From Octopus sinensis (lineage: Eukaryota): DNA of 64,000 nucleotides. The stretch covers positions 196,292,001-196,356,000 of the forward strand of contig NC_042998.1 of assembly GCF_006345805.1 (NCBI RefSeq), written 5' to 3'. Under the pieces are notes generated by a model. It made no database searches. It was not told the DNA's origin and saw only the letters and a list, made by a program, of their open reading frames with translations. The position numbers and the translations under genes are program-made. This document shows positions 36,616-49,981 of this stretch, piece by piece. The number at the start of each line of letters is the position of its first letter. Positions within the stretch are counted from its first letter, which is position 1.

Positions 36616-39600
36616 AACCCACTGCACCATCCCAAGTGTGTTAGCATATTTTTGTTGTTTAATCCCAGGTCAGCCCTGATCAAGCAGACCTATGATCAAA
36701 GAGGTTCTAACCATGACTATCCTGCCTTTCCCTCAAACATTGTGTATCCTGGACAACATTATCCAACGTATCCTTTCCAAAGAAGGCAATAAAATATTAG
36801 CTAAGGAAGGATTGGCTGTTATTTCTAACAGCTCAAATGACCAGGTAGAGGCTCCTTTAGTTGTTCAAATTGTTACGCTGCTGTTAGTTCAGGAAGCAAT
36901 TAGCAGTCAAACCTGTTATCAAGGGCATTCCAGCCATGACCATCCCATCTATCATTTAAACAGTAGAAACTACATCATTCAATGTTTCATACAGTAGAGC
37001 GTTATTTGAGGGAGATTTGCCTGCTATTTCCAGCTGGTTCAGTGACCACATAAAGGCTAGCTCATTGGCTTAGGCACCCTAATGTGGTCCACCAGGTGAC
37101 CCCAGGAAGATCACCAACTGTTCTGAGCTGAAACAGCATGCAAGAGAATAATATTTAACTATACACCAGGTATTGAGTTCTTTCTTCAGTTAATATTTGC
37201 TGCTTTTAAAAATTTTAAAACACCACCTCACCTGTCAAAGGTCAGTGACAGGTGACCAAGACCTTTGGGGATATACTGTGCTTGTGTGTCAGTGGAACGT
37301 AAAAAGCACCATTTGAGCATGGCCAATGCCAGTGACACCTGACTGGCCCCTGTGCCGGTGGCATGTAAAAGCACCCACTACACTCTCGGAGTGGTTGGCG
37401 TTAGGAAGGGCCAAATCAGATCAGAACCTGGTGCAGCCCCTTGGTTTAGTAATTTTCAGTCAAACTGTCCAACCCATGCCAGCATGGAAAAGTGGATGTT
37501 AAACGATGATGACAATGACGATAACATTATGATTATCATTTGTAGTATTTACACACACACAATCAGCAATTTCAAAACACAACGCCAGGACTATGAAGGC
37601 ATGAAACTACATCTCCGAAGAGCATTGCAATACCAACTAAAAGACTCTCTACAGCAGACAAACAAGCCAAGAAACTGAAGATGTTTTAAGAAGGTCAGAA
37701 TTGGGAGGTGTCCTTCTTTGACGAAAGTCCATGCCATTCGCTTTGGTTTTAGTTTTAAGTCAAGCAAACATTCCCCAAAAGATTAAGATTTGAAGAGGAT
37801 TTAACTTAAGCTTGTAAAAAATGTAGTAATCTATAATAATAGATTCCAGAGCACGCTGGCATAATTCTTGCATGTCTTCTAAAACTCTTCTGTGTTGATA
37901 AAAGCACACAAATCTAAACAAACAAAACTATGAGACCAACAGACATGTCTGTAGTGAATTGCTATCAGACGTCGAAGACCTGTGAAGAAAAGACCAGCTC
38001 TAGAATGAATAACAATCTCAATGGTATCAAGGCAAAACACAGAGATCATCATCATCATCATCATTGTTTAACGTCCGCTTTCCATGCTGGCATGGGTTGG
38101 ACAATTTGACTGATGGCTGGCAAACCAGATGGCTGCACCAGGCTCCAGTCATGATCTGACAGAGTTTCTACAGCTGGATGCCCTTCCTAACACCAACCAC
38201 TCCGAGAGTGTAGTGGGTGCTTTTATGTGCCACCGGCATGGGAGCCAGTCAGGCGGTACTGGCAATGATCTTGCTCGAATTTTTTTTATTTATACATGCC
38301 AATGGCACAGGTGCCAGTAAGGCAATGCTGGTAACGATCACGCTTGAATGGTGGCTTTTACGTGCCACCGGCACGGAGGCCAGATAGCCACTCTGGCAAC
38401 GATCATGCTCAGATGGTGCTCTTAGCACCCTACTAGCACGGGGCACAAGTGCCAGTGAAGAGAAGCTGGTAACGATCACACTCGAATGGTGCCTTTTATG
38501 TGCCACTGGCACGGAAGCCAGTTAGCCGCTCTGTCAATGATCACGGTCATATGGTGCTCGTGCCCATAACATCTAATTTAAATAACTGAAGAGAATGTGT
38601 TAGTAGTTCAACTGTATAACAGATATGGCCATTAGCAAGCAGGCTTACAGAGTCCAACATAGTAGAATACAACCCATAGAACTGAAAATATATTCTGTGG
38701 CAAACAATATACCATAATCACAGAGCCCAAAGCTGATATAATAATGAATGCCAGAACATCACAGTTGCTTAACAACAATTGCTTTTGAGAGATGAAAGAC
38801 AGCTTGTTTGAGGTTCCCATGAGTAGCTTTGATAGAACAAAGATCACTGATCCGATCCTATGGATCTGTATAGTCCAGGACGGTGCTTCTCAACCTTTTT
38901 GATATTTGGGTCAGATCCAAAACCTAGATTTTTTATAAGGGGCCACACCAAAAAAAAAAAAAAGACAAGTAAAACAGGAGTGGCTGTGTGGTAAGTAGCT
39001 TGTTTACCAACCACATGGTTCCGGGTTCAGTCCCTCTGCGTGGCACCTTGGGCAAGTGTCTTCTACTATAGCCTCGGGTCGACCAAAGCCTTGTGAGTGG
39101 ATATTTGGTAGACGGAAACTGAAAGAAGCCCGCCGTATATATGTATATATATATGTATATATATATATGTGTGCGTGTATGTTTGTGTGTCTGTGTTTGT
39201 CCCATCCAACATCACTTGACAACCGATGCTGGTGTGTTTACGTCCCTGTCACTTAGCGGTTCGGCAAAAGAGACCGATAGAATAAGTACTAGGCTTACAA
39301 AAGAATAAGTCCCGGGGTCGAGTTGCTCGATTAAAAGCAGTGCTCCAGCATGGCCGCAGTCAAATGACGGAAACAAGTGAAAGAGAAGAGAAATCAATTG
39401 AACAAAAATGTATGTTTATAGAAGGCAAAACCATCTGTTGGAAGGATGCTTGAGGGCCACATGAGGCCCTAGGAGCCATGGTTAGGAGCTGCTGGTCCAG
39501 GAGGTTATGCAGGGAGATAGTGGGTTCTCTTTAGTCTTGTGACATAAGGACACCTCTCTGGTGCCAGCGACATGATAAAATGGATCTGGTCCACACTGTA

Positions 39601-42016
39601 AACAGATACAGCAACAAAGAAAACCAGCCAACTTTGTTTTTGTATGAGTTGGATAACACACACCATGACAGAAAACAGTGGGACTCATCTAACCCATGCC
39701 AGCATGAAAAGATCGATGGATGATGATAACAATGTGAGAGAGAGAGAGAGATGTGTGTGTGTGTGTGTATGTGTGTGTGTGCATGTGTGAGTATGTGTAT
39801 ACACACACATACACACACCCACACAAGCACACAGTTTCCATCTACCAAATCCAATCTCAAGGCTTTGGTCAACCTGAAACTATAGTGGAAGTCACTTGCC
39901 CAAGGTGTCACGCAGTGGGACTGAACCTGAAACCACACAACTGCAAAGTAGACTTGTTAACTACCCAGCCAAGCCAGCACCAGTATCATCATCATCATCA
40001 TCACCATCATCACTGAACATCCGTTTTTCCATGCTGGTATAGATTGGACAGTTTGACTGAAAACTGGTCAACCAGGGATCTCCACCAGGCCCCAATCTTG
40101 ATCTGGCAATGTTTCTACAGCTTGATGCCCTTCCTAACGCCAACCACTCTGAGAGTGTACTGGGTACTTTTTACGTGCCATCAGCAAGGGTGCCAGTCAC
40201 GAGACACCAGCGTCGGCCACATCTATGATCTCACTTGTCGAGCCAAGTGAGATGGTAGTCATAGGAAATCGATAACTCTTTGATGACAGTGGTGGCTAGA
40301 TAAGGAATCCAAGAAAGAATTTGTTACGGTAACAACTGCAAAACAAACTAGAAAACACTGACATAGAATTAATGACAGCAAATATGCAGTGAAGTGCACC
40401 CAGCTGCAATGTGTTGCACAAAATAACTGTAAAGTGCTGCACTCAATCATTGAAAAATGGTGCAAAAAAACAAGCCAGGTTTCCATCAGCAATAGAAAAT
40501 ATTAAATACTTCTCATAATTAAATTATCATTATCATTATTATTATTATTGTTGTTGTTGTTATTACCTCTGCCTTAGTGAAGGTGGGGGGGGAGCATTGT
40601 TTTCAGTCACGTTTGTTTGTTTGTCTGTGGACAAGATATCTCAAGAACCATCATCATCGTCATCGTTTAATGTCCATTTTCCATGCTAGCATGGGTTGGA
40701 CGATTTGACCGGGGTCTGGGAAGCCAGGAGGCTGCACCAGGCTTCAATCTTGATCTGGCAGTGTTTCTACAGCTGGATGCCCTTCCTAATGCCAACCACT
40801 CCACGAGTGTAGTGGGTGCTTTTTACGTGCCACCGGCACAGGGGCCAGAGGAGGCTGGCAAATGGCCACAATTGGTTGGTGCTTTTTACGTACCACCGGC
40901 ACAGAGGCCAGAGGAGGTTGCCAAACGGCCACGATCAGTTGGTGGTTTTTACATGTCACCGACACGGATGCCAAAACTTTCAGGCATGTTTGGCCTCGTG
41001 ACTGGCACAAACTGATTAGATTTTGGGATCAATCCAGTACCGGACAAGGATTCTGGATTATTTTTCCTGCTTTTTTTTTTACTTAATTTTTGAGAGCAGT
41101 TGGGTTCATTTTTAGTATTCTCGTTTGTGAGAGCAGTCGAGTTTATTTCAGATATTCTTGTTTTAAAAATCATCTCTGGCTAATCGTTGAGAGGACGTTG
41201 GTGTTGCCTTGGTGGCGGTTTGTGCTCTCTGAGTGCTCTTGTTATTATTAAGGTGACAAGCTGGCAGAATCATTAGCACAACGGACAAAATGCTCAACGG
41301 CATATTGTCTGCCACTACGTTCTGAGTTCAAATCCTACTGAGGTCAACTTTGCTTTTCATCCTTGGGGGGGGGCAATAAATTAAGTACCAGTTATGCACT
41401 GGGGTCAACGCAATCAACTCATCTCATCCCCTCCCTCCAAAATTTCTGCCCTTGTGGCAAAATTTGAAACCATTATTATTATTATTGTTACTATTATTAT
41501 TATTATTACTGTTACTATTATTATTATTATTATTATTACTATTGTTATTATTCCAAGGTCGACTTTGCCTTTCATCCTTTCAGGGTCAATAAATTAAGTA
41601 CCAGTGAAACACTGGGGTCGATGTAATCGACTAGTCCCCTCCCCCAAAATTTCAGGCCTTGTGCCTTTAGTAGAAAGGATTATTATCATCATCATCATCA
41701 TCACCACCACCATAATAAAAGGAGGTGAGCTGGCCTAATCAGCAACATGTCAGACAAAATGCTCAACAGCTTTTCAAATCCTGCTGAAGCTGACTTTGTC
41801 ATCCTTTTGGGGGTCGATGAAACAAGTACCAGTTGTGCGCTAGGGAGTGGGGAGGGTCAATGTAATCAACTAGCAACCTGCCCCTAAATTTCAAGTTTTG
41901 TGCCTCGAGCAGAAAAGGTTATTAGTTGGAATATGAACAGTTCCTTGCAAGCAAGCCCCGTGTCAAACTGCCCAACCCATGCCAGCATGGAAAGCAGACA
42001 TTAAATAATCATCATC

Positions 42017-42049
<33 letters not shown>

Positions 42050-42294
42050 TAATAATAATAATAATGATAAAAGGCACAATTGTTAGTAGGTTGGATAAAA
42101 TGATTAGTGACATATCTTTGGAATCTTCACATTTTGAATTCAAATCACACCAAAACCTTTCATTGTTTTAGGGGTCAATAAAACAAGACCCAGTCGAGTA
42201 CTGGAGTCGAGGTAATTGCCTAAGCCCCCTCACCTAATAGTTCAGGCCCAATGCCTATAGTAGAAAGAATTTTTTATTCTAGTAATTGTTATCA

Positions 42295-42642
42295 TTGGAG
42301 TAAAGATTGTTTGCCAACATAACATGTCAGTCGTGGTTTAGGACGAATGTTGCTGTAATTTAGCCCCAGGAGACATCGTCTCCAGCTGGCTATATGACAT
42401 GATCTGTGTCCTTATATTTTTCAAACAAGGGAATTTAGCACCCCCACTCAACTCAAAACAATATCTGTGTATCGTGATTTTTTAGCTGAGTTGGGGTGCT
42501 AGATTCCCTTTTTCGAAAAATATAAGGACACAGATTGTGTCGTATAGGCAGCTGGATACGATGTCTCCTGGGGCTAAATTACAGCAACATGCACCCTAAA
42601 CCAGGACTGCCATGTTATGTTGGCAAACAATCTTTACTCCAA
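42295..42642. mobile_element. 348-bp foldback/MITE with ~163-bp inverted arms
   Basis: ttggagtaaagattgtttgccaacataacatg... inverted at ...catgttatgttggcaaacaatctttactccaa; spacer about 20 bp. Confidence 0.88.
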
Positions 42643-45600
42643 AAGTACTGTTGCTGGATATCACTCGCTGTGAGATTTTAAAATAGTAATTTTCAAATTG
42701 TTATCGTTATCATAATCCAAGATAAATTTGAGATGCAAAGAAATCGAAATAGCAATGGAAATTCTAGAAAAACAAAAAGAATAAGAAAAAAAAAAGAAGG
42801 AAGATATTTGTGGCAGATGAAATGTGCTGAAATAATCTAGTTTCTGAAGATAGTGTGGAAGACATTATTAACCAGAAACAAAAGGAAGAAAACAGATGAA
42901 AATACTGATGTTGACTATTTCGTTAAAGCTCACTGAATAATGCACCTTTAATTATGTCCCTAGAATGTTCATAACAATCTTGCTTCCATTCTCTTGAAAT
43001 TAGCAGAGTTTTCTTCAGTTATTAAATTCCTCAACATAATCCCAACTAAAAACAGTCTGGCAGCCAACATTTACTCCAGAGGGCGTCTACCTACTCTCTT
43101 GTGAGTCTCAGAAAGTCTTCAATGGGGTTCTATTTGGAAAAAAGGCTTCTAGTTTAGTCTGACTATATATTTCTTTACTCTTTTACTTGTTTCAGTCATT
43201 TGACTGCGGCCCTGCTGGAGCACTGCCTTTAATCGAGCAACTCGACCCCGGGACTTATTCTTTTGTATGCCCAGTACTTATTCTATCGGGCTCTTTTGCC
43301 GAACCGCTAAGTGACGGGGACGTAAACACACCACATCGGTTGTCAAGCAATGCTAGGGGGACAAACACAGACACACAAACACACGCATACATACATATAT
43401 ACGACAGGCTTCTTTCAGTTTCCGTCTACCAAATCCACTCACAAGGCATTGGTCGGCCCGGGGCTATAGCAGAAGACACTTGCCCAAGGTGCCACGCAGT
43501 GGGACTGAATCCGGAACCATGTGGTTGGTAAGCGAGCTACTTACCACACAGCCACTCCTGCGCCTATTCTTGTTTACTTTCTCTTTTTCTTTTTTTTTTT
43601 ATAAAATCTTGTCATGTAGAATTAAATATTCTATTTCTTAGCAATTAACCCAATTAACACCAGCAAGGAATCTTGGTAATTAATTTAAACTTCTTTTCGT
43701 TTATCTTCAACAGACAACTACCCCAGTAGCAGTATGGAATGGAATTTTATCGATTCCCTTGTCTGACGATGAAAGCAGTAACAAACTTGGTTAGAACTAG
43801 GCAGAGAAGCATATTGTGGAAGAGGTGTAAAAGTTAGTTGCTTCGTCAGGAAAAAATTACAGAAAAAAATAGCAAGCAATGTCATTCAAACATAGCTACA
43901 TTTAGATTTCCAGCACAATTTACTAATCCATAAAAATGCTTATTTTAAAAACATTTGTAACTGTTACACTACAATTGCTGGTAAGGACATCATATTTCGT
44001 TTAGTAACTATTATACACTATCAACTATATTGAAGGTTTAGAGGTCAATACTGTGTCCTACCTGTGTTAGCAGTGCAAACCATTTTTTAAAGTTATCTCT
44101 ACAGATATTATACAGAATTTAAAGCCAGTACTGAAAGTTGCAACATTTTGTATACAAATACGTCTATGTTTGTAACTGTTGTTTATTTTCCTTTGATTAT
44201 CCTCATTAGAATTAATTAATTAATTAATCGGTTAATACATCCACATAAATATTCCAGCATCAAAGAGCCACAAAACTATTTCTGTCTGTTCTGCTTCTAT
44301 AATTCTATAAAAATATGTTGGACCCATTCCCTCTGGCTGTCTATTTTGAGAAGAAAACATGGAGATTATTCATCATGTCCTCTAAGTTTTCCTCCGTCAG
44401 AGGTCAATTATTGACCGAAATCATACCATATCAAACAGCAAGGCACCAGTTCCTGTCCCTCTATTCATACTTTAACCTCTCCTCAGCTGGCATAAAGCTA
44501 CCTCCCTCCATACTACACCTTGCTTCAGTTGAAGGCTCTTGCCTTACAAGACAAATGGTGTCCTCACTAGTGCTGGTGCCACATGAAAAGCACTGTAAAA
44601 TGGTTAACAATAAAACCATGTCAAAGCAGACACTGGAGTCTGGCAAGGTCCTGTGGTTTTCATCTGTCTATGTTCTGAGTTCAATGTTTGGTTGTGTCGT
44701 ATGAAAGCCCCACATCTACCCAAGGTCTGTGGAAAATGATCATCGTCCGACAGTTGTTTGGGTAAAGGGTCAAAGCCAGACACATCCAGTAGCACCCTCC
44801 ACCTGTCCCCGTCACCTCTCTCCCTATTATCACTGGACTCATAATGGATAATGGCACCGGTATTGTGGTTTGCTGTGCAACCTGCACAATGAATATTATT
44901 GTCATGAGGATGGCTTGTGTAGAGCCAGTGCCACCTTCCTGTCCGTCAAACTTGGAGTGGTCTGGTACAACAAATGCCACAAGTCCAGTAGTTACCAAGA
45001 TGCAACATTTGTATGAAGTTATCTTCTCTTAGATGAGCAGCTAAAGAGATGAGGGGCCCCCATCTGCTTTGGGTCCATTAGGGAGTTTGTGAGTGACTTC
45101 CTTCTGGATGCAGTTCTATGACATGCTAATGAACCCATAGGCAGGACCCTGACATGGGCTGTTACTCCAGGTCAGAGTAGACCTAGGGACAATAGAGGCT
45201 AAGAAGGGGTTCCACACTCCTCAGGAACCCTGGATTTCCCATACCAGGGCCTCATTACTGGATGCTCTTCATAGTCTTACCCAGGACAATTTGTAAGGAG
45301 AACAATATTACAAGCTGTAAGTTTCCAAATGAAGTCAATAACTTCATGTTAATTTCTTTTTAATCATTTGGTCAGGAGCAAAGGTAGGACCCATGACCCT
45401 TTAAGGGGCCTCTAAGACTGGTGGGAAGGAAGGAAGGAGGTACCTACAAACCAGAAACCTAGCTCAAATGTTTGTAAATAGAGTGGACTCTGATAAAGAC
45501 ACTCAAAGGACCAGCTGGTGGAGGTATTAAACTGAGCCATGGAATAAGTCTACTCCTCGTTAAATCAGTCAATCAATGATTGATAACAATCAAGGCTGTC

Positions 45601-47122
45601 TTCAAAAGAAATCTTCAGAAAAATCAATCGTTACTTTCTTCCTTTTATAAACTATACCATACTGATTTAATTAATTCAAATTGGTTTTTTTCAGTTTAAA
45701 AAGTTCAAAATGCTTCTAACATCCATTTAAGTTAAAAAACAAAAATTATTTTCAGAGGCACAGGAGTGGATGTGTGGTAAGAAACTTGCTTCCCCACTAC
45801 ATACTTCCAGGTTCAGTCCCACTGCATGGCACTTTGGGCAAGTGTCTTCTACTATAGCCTGGGGCCAAACAAAGCCTTGTGAATGGACTTAGCAGATGGA
45901 AACTGAAAGAAGCCCATCGTGTATATACACACATGTGTGTGCCTTTGTGGCTGTGTTTGTCCCACCACTACCAACACCATTTAACAACCAGCGTTGGTGT
46001 GTTTGCATCCCCATAACTTAGCAGTTCATTGAAAGAGATCAATAGAATAAGTGTTAGCCTTAAGAAAATATGTCCTGGGGTCAAATCATACACCGAAAAT
46101 TCTTCAATGTTGAGCTCCAGAATGGCTGCAGTCTAAGGACTAAAGCAAGTAAAAGATTAAAGACATTCTTACTTTGTAGCTACTTCTCATCCCTGTTACC
46201 AATATTATCTACGACATTCTCATCTCCGTTCATTTCATCTCTCTTCCACAATATCGAATTTGAACTAAGGCGGCAAACTGGCAGAAGCGTTAGCACGCCA
46301 GACGAAATGCTTAGCGGTATTTCATCTGTCTTTACTTTCTGAGTTCAAACTCCGCCGAGGTCAACTTTGCTTTTCATCTTTTCAGAGTCGATAAATTAAG
46401 TATCAGTTGCATACTGGGGTCAATCTAATCGACTGGCTCCTTCCCCCAAAACTTTGGGCCTTGTGCCTAGAGTAGAAAAGAATATCTAATTTGAAGTGTT
46501 TCTGTTTCAAATCTTAACAACATTACTAGATTTTTGTCAGGTCTAAATTTTTCTTCCAGTCTTATCACTGTCCGGTCCTCGCAGCCAAACTATTTTCTCT
46601 TTGTCATATCTTAACTTTTTCATAAAACTTCATACTGACGTAGCCTAACATACTAATTGATTTATAATTGGTACATCCCAACATCTTCATTGATTAATCC
46701 CTAGGGTATTTTAACATGCTTATTGATTTATTATTGGTACGTCTTAACCATCCTTATTGGATTATCCTTTGTCATATCATAGCAATGATCTAATCCTAAT
46801 CCTGTCACCTAACTCTAAGTTGGTAATTTTTTCAATTCATTTAAAACAACAAATTACAACCATGACTAAATTTGTCTTCCCTTGCCCTGAAGTTGGAATT
46901 AATTAATTATATCTAATTACAATTTATCTCAGTATTAATGATTCTATTGAGTCTATGAATGGTTTGGTGTACAGTTTCACCATCTAGATTCTGAAGAAGT
47001 GCTGAATTCTAATAGAATGTGCCAAATAATAAAAAATGAAAAAAAAGTAACTGCACTCACACAAGTCTTCTAGGAGACCAGCCATAGCCAGAAGAGAGTA
47101 AAACAAATGAAAACAAACTTAC

Positions 47123-47167
47123 CCCAGTCACAGCCAGTTCAAAGTTGCCAAATTTGGGGATTTTATC
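47123..47167 (-). other. Candidate 45-nt in-frame cassette exon in the AP3M last intron (DKIPKFGNFELAVTG)
   Basis: cacattgttccag|GATAAA...ACTGGG|gtaagt; phase 0-0; only this frame is open. No expression evidence. Confidence 0.35.
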
Positions 47168-49162
47168 CTGGAACAATGTGTTCACAGATGTAAAGAAAAT
47201 GCAGTTTCAAACAACACAACCCACCTGACTAGGGAGGTAAAAGACACACAAGTCTGAGAATGGAAATGGAAGCCGAGGGGCAAATACCATTCTAAGAATT
47301 ACCAGATCGGAACTTGTGCTGTATGAATATGTGAAGTGGTTTTAGAATCAAGTTTTGACTGCTATCTCTAGCATGGTGGTATATATATATATCAATGTTT
47401 TTAATCTTTGTCTCCATAAAAAAAGAGGCAAAAATTATTTTTTGTCATATATATATATATACTCAACATGCTCAAACTCACAAGAGTAAACAAGAGAGAC
47501 AGAGACAAGCAGAAACAAGGAAAATTCCCCTTGTATTTGAACACTATACAAATATTCTTTAATAAAAACTTTTCTTTTAATTTTTCTAAATTTAATTGTT
47601 TTCCATACTTACAGTTGAAAAAGTCTCAATGACTGAAACTGGTAATGAAATGTTTTTTTATAAAATTATTTTAGCATTTTCTATCTTGACTATTTTTCCA
47701 TATATATATGTCGGTGGCACATAAAATCACCCACTACACTCTCGGAGTGGTTGGCGTTAGGAAGGGCATCCAGCTGTAGAAACACTGCCAGATCTGACTG
47801 GCCTGGTGCAGCCTTCGGGCTCCCCAGACCCCAGTTGAACCGTCCAACCCATGCTAGCATGGAAAGCGGACGTTAAATGATGATGATGATGATGATGATG
47901 ATATGTTAGTTCATTAGTATTGAGTTTTACACCAGAGTGGCGTGAAATTTAAGTGACATGATAAAAATTCAGATTCAATATTCAATATACTCTACAACTA
48001 CCAAACACATCTCTCTCAACACAATTCAACATTTGTATCTTCATATGTATGCATATCATATCTATATGTATATATTTATGTGTATATACAGACATACATA
48101 TATATGTCATCATCATCATCATCATCATTGCTTAACGTTCATTTTCCATGCTGGCATGGGTTGGATGGTTCGACTGGGACCTGGGAAGCCAGGAGGTCGC
48201 ACCAGGCTCCAGTCTGATCTGGCAGTGTTTCTACAGCTGGATGCCCTTCCTAATGCCAACCACTTTGAGAGGGTAGTGGGTGCTTTTTTATGTGCCATCA
48301 GCAGAAGGGCAAGAAGGGGGCTGGCATCGACCTCAATCAGATAGTGCGTTTTACGTGCCACAAGCAAGGGAGCCAGTCAAGGCAGCGCTGGCATCAGCCA
48401 TGTTTGGATGTTGCTTTTTACATGCCACCGGCACAGGGACCACAACTACAATTTCCATTTGACTGTAATTTGATTTTGATGCACTTGACTCAATAGGTCT
48501 CCTCAAGGATGGCATGTTGCCCTACATAACATACACATTAGCTTCATACAAACACATATGCCAAGGTCACCATTGACCCTCCCCCTTGGCACCCATGCCA
48601 CTAGTGCCCTCTTCCTTTTCCGGTCATTTTAGCATGCAGTGATCATCTGGTTGAGACACATTTGTCCCTTTTTCTCTCCTTTTTTTTCTCTCCTCATCTG
48701 TTTCTTTCTGTAGGAAAACATGCTTGAAATGTAAAAGAGTTCGAATTTCCTTGAGTGTAAACCTAACATACCCTGACTGTTTGCTTTTTATCTGTTTTTG
48801 TACCACATCTTCATGTTTGTTTCTTTTTTTTTTCATACCACACACACACACACAGGTAAGTATTCATATTTGTAAGTGTGTGTGTGTGTGTGAATGTGTA
48901 TGTTAATAATGAACTAAAAGGTAAATAAATAAATAAACATTCTTTTTTATCAGAACTTTTTGTTACTTTTCTGGTACCAAAGGTTTCCTGCAGACAGAGA
49001 AGGTTTTTTTTTTTTTTTTTATCTCTCAACCAAAATTCAAAATACAAAAGACTTTCCACCATTAATAATAGTAGAGACTCAGTCATGTTTTGAATTCTGC
49101 TTGAACAAAAGTTAATCTCTGTTAACAGGAAACTTTTGATGCCAGAGAAGTAACAAAAATCT

Positions 49163-49165
<3 letters not shown>

Positions 49166-49209
<44 letters not shown>

Positions 49210-49453
49210 GTAATGATAATAATGATGACGATGATGATAATAATAATATTCTGAAATTTTGAAAATTCTAACTGGGCCCCACCTGCAAGGTCATGTGCTG
49301 TTTATCTTGATATGAGATCACCATGTCGCGCACATATGATTGTGATGCATGTGCCTGGTGTACCCTTATCAGACGGGTAGTCATGATGGGTATACTGGGC
49401 TTCGCATATTTTACCCCAGTGTCACTTTGATGGCATGCACTGCTCTCTCACTC

Positions 49454-49487
<34 letters not shown>

Positions 49488-49939
49488 GATGGGCTACAGC
49501 AAATATTCTGCTCAATACCACAAGTTTGTTTGTCAGTTGCTTCACCTTAACCAGTTGAGCATGTCCCTTAGGGGCTGATGATATGTGCATCTCTAATCAT
49601 GAGCAGGAGTAGTGGGGGAGCATCATAGCCATATGTTAGAAGGGATTCTTTAAGGTTTGAATAGTCCACCTCTGAAAACATAGGCGTTTCATTCATAATC
49701 CTTAAACAACCCTTATTCAAGGACCTTTGGAGTGGGATGGGCTACTCAACCTGAAGAAAGTTCTAACTGGGCCCCACCTGCAAGGTCATGCACTGTTTGT
49801 CTTGATATGAGATCACTATGTCATGCACTTAAGGTTGTGATGCATATGCCAAGTGGACCCTTATCAGACAGATTAGTTATCAGGCTTTGCATATTTGTAC
49901 CCCAGCATGACTTTGACAGTGTGTGCTGCTCTCTCAGTC

Positions 49940-49980
<41 letters not shown>
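49166..49980 (+). mobile_element. Two stacked 5'-truncated copies of the (AAT)n-tailed retroposon, separated by (AAT)n
   Basis: (AAT)n - copy 49263-49453 - (AAT)n - copy 49484-49939 - (AAT)n. Confidence 0.85.

Positions 49981-49981
<1 letters not shown>

Noticed and set aside
47061-47069. 9-nt microexon (KTC) with ctag| and |gtgagt just downstream of the 45-nt cassette
   Set aside because: It would need a 53-nt intron and has a weak acceptor; too speculative without reads.
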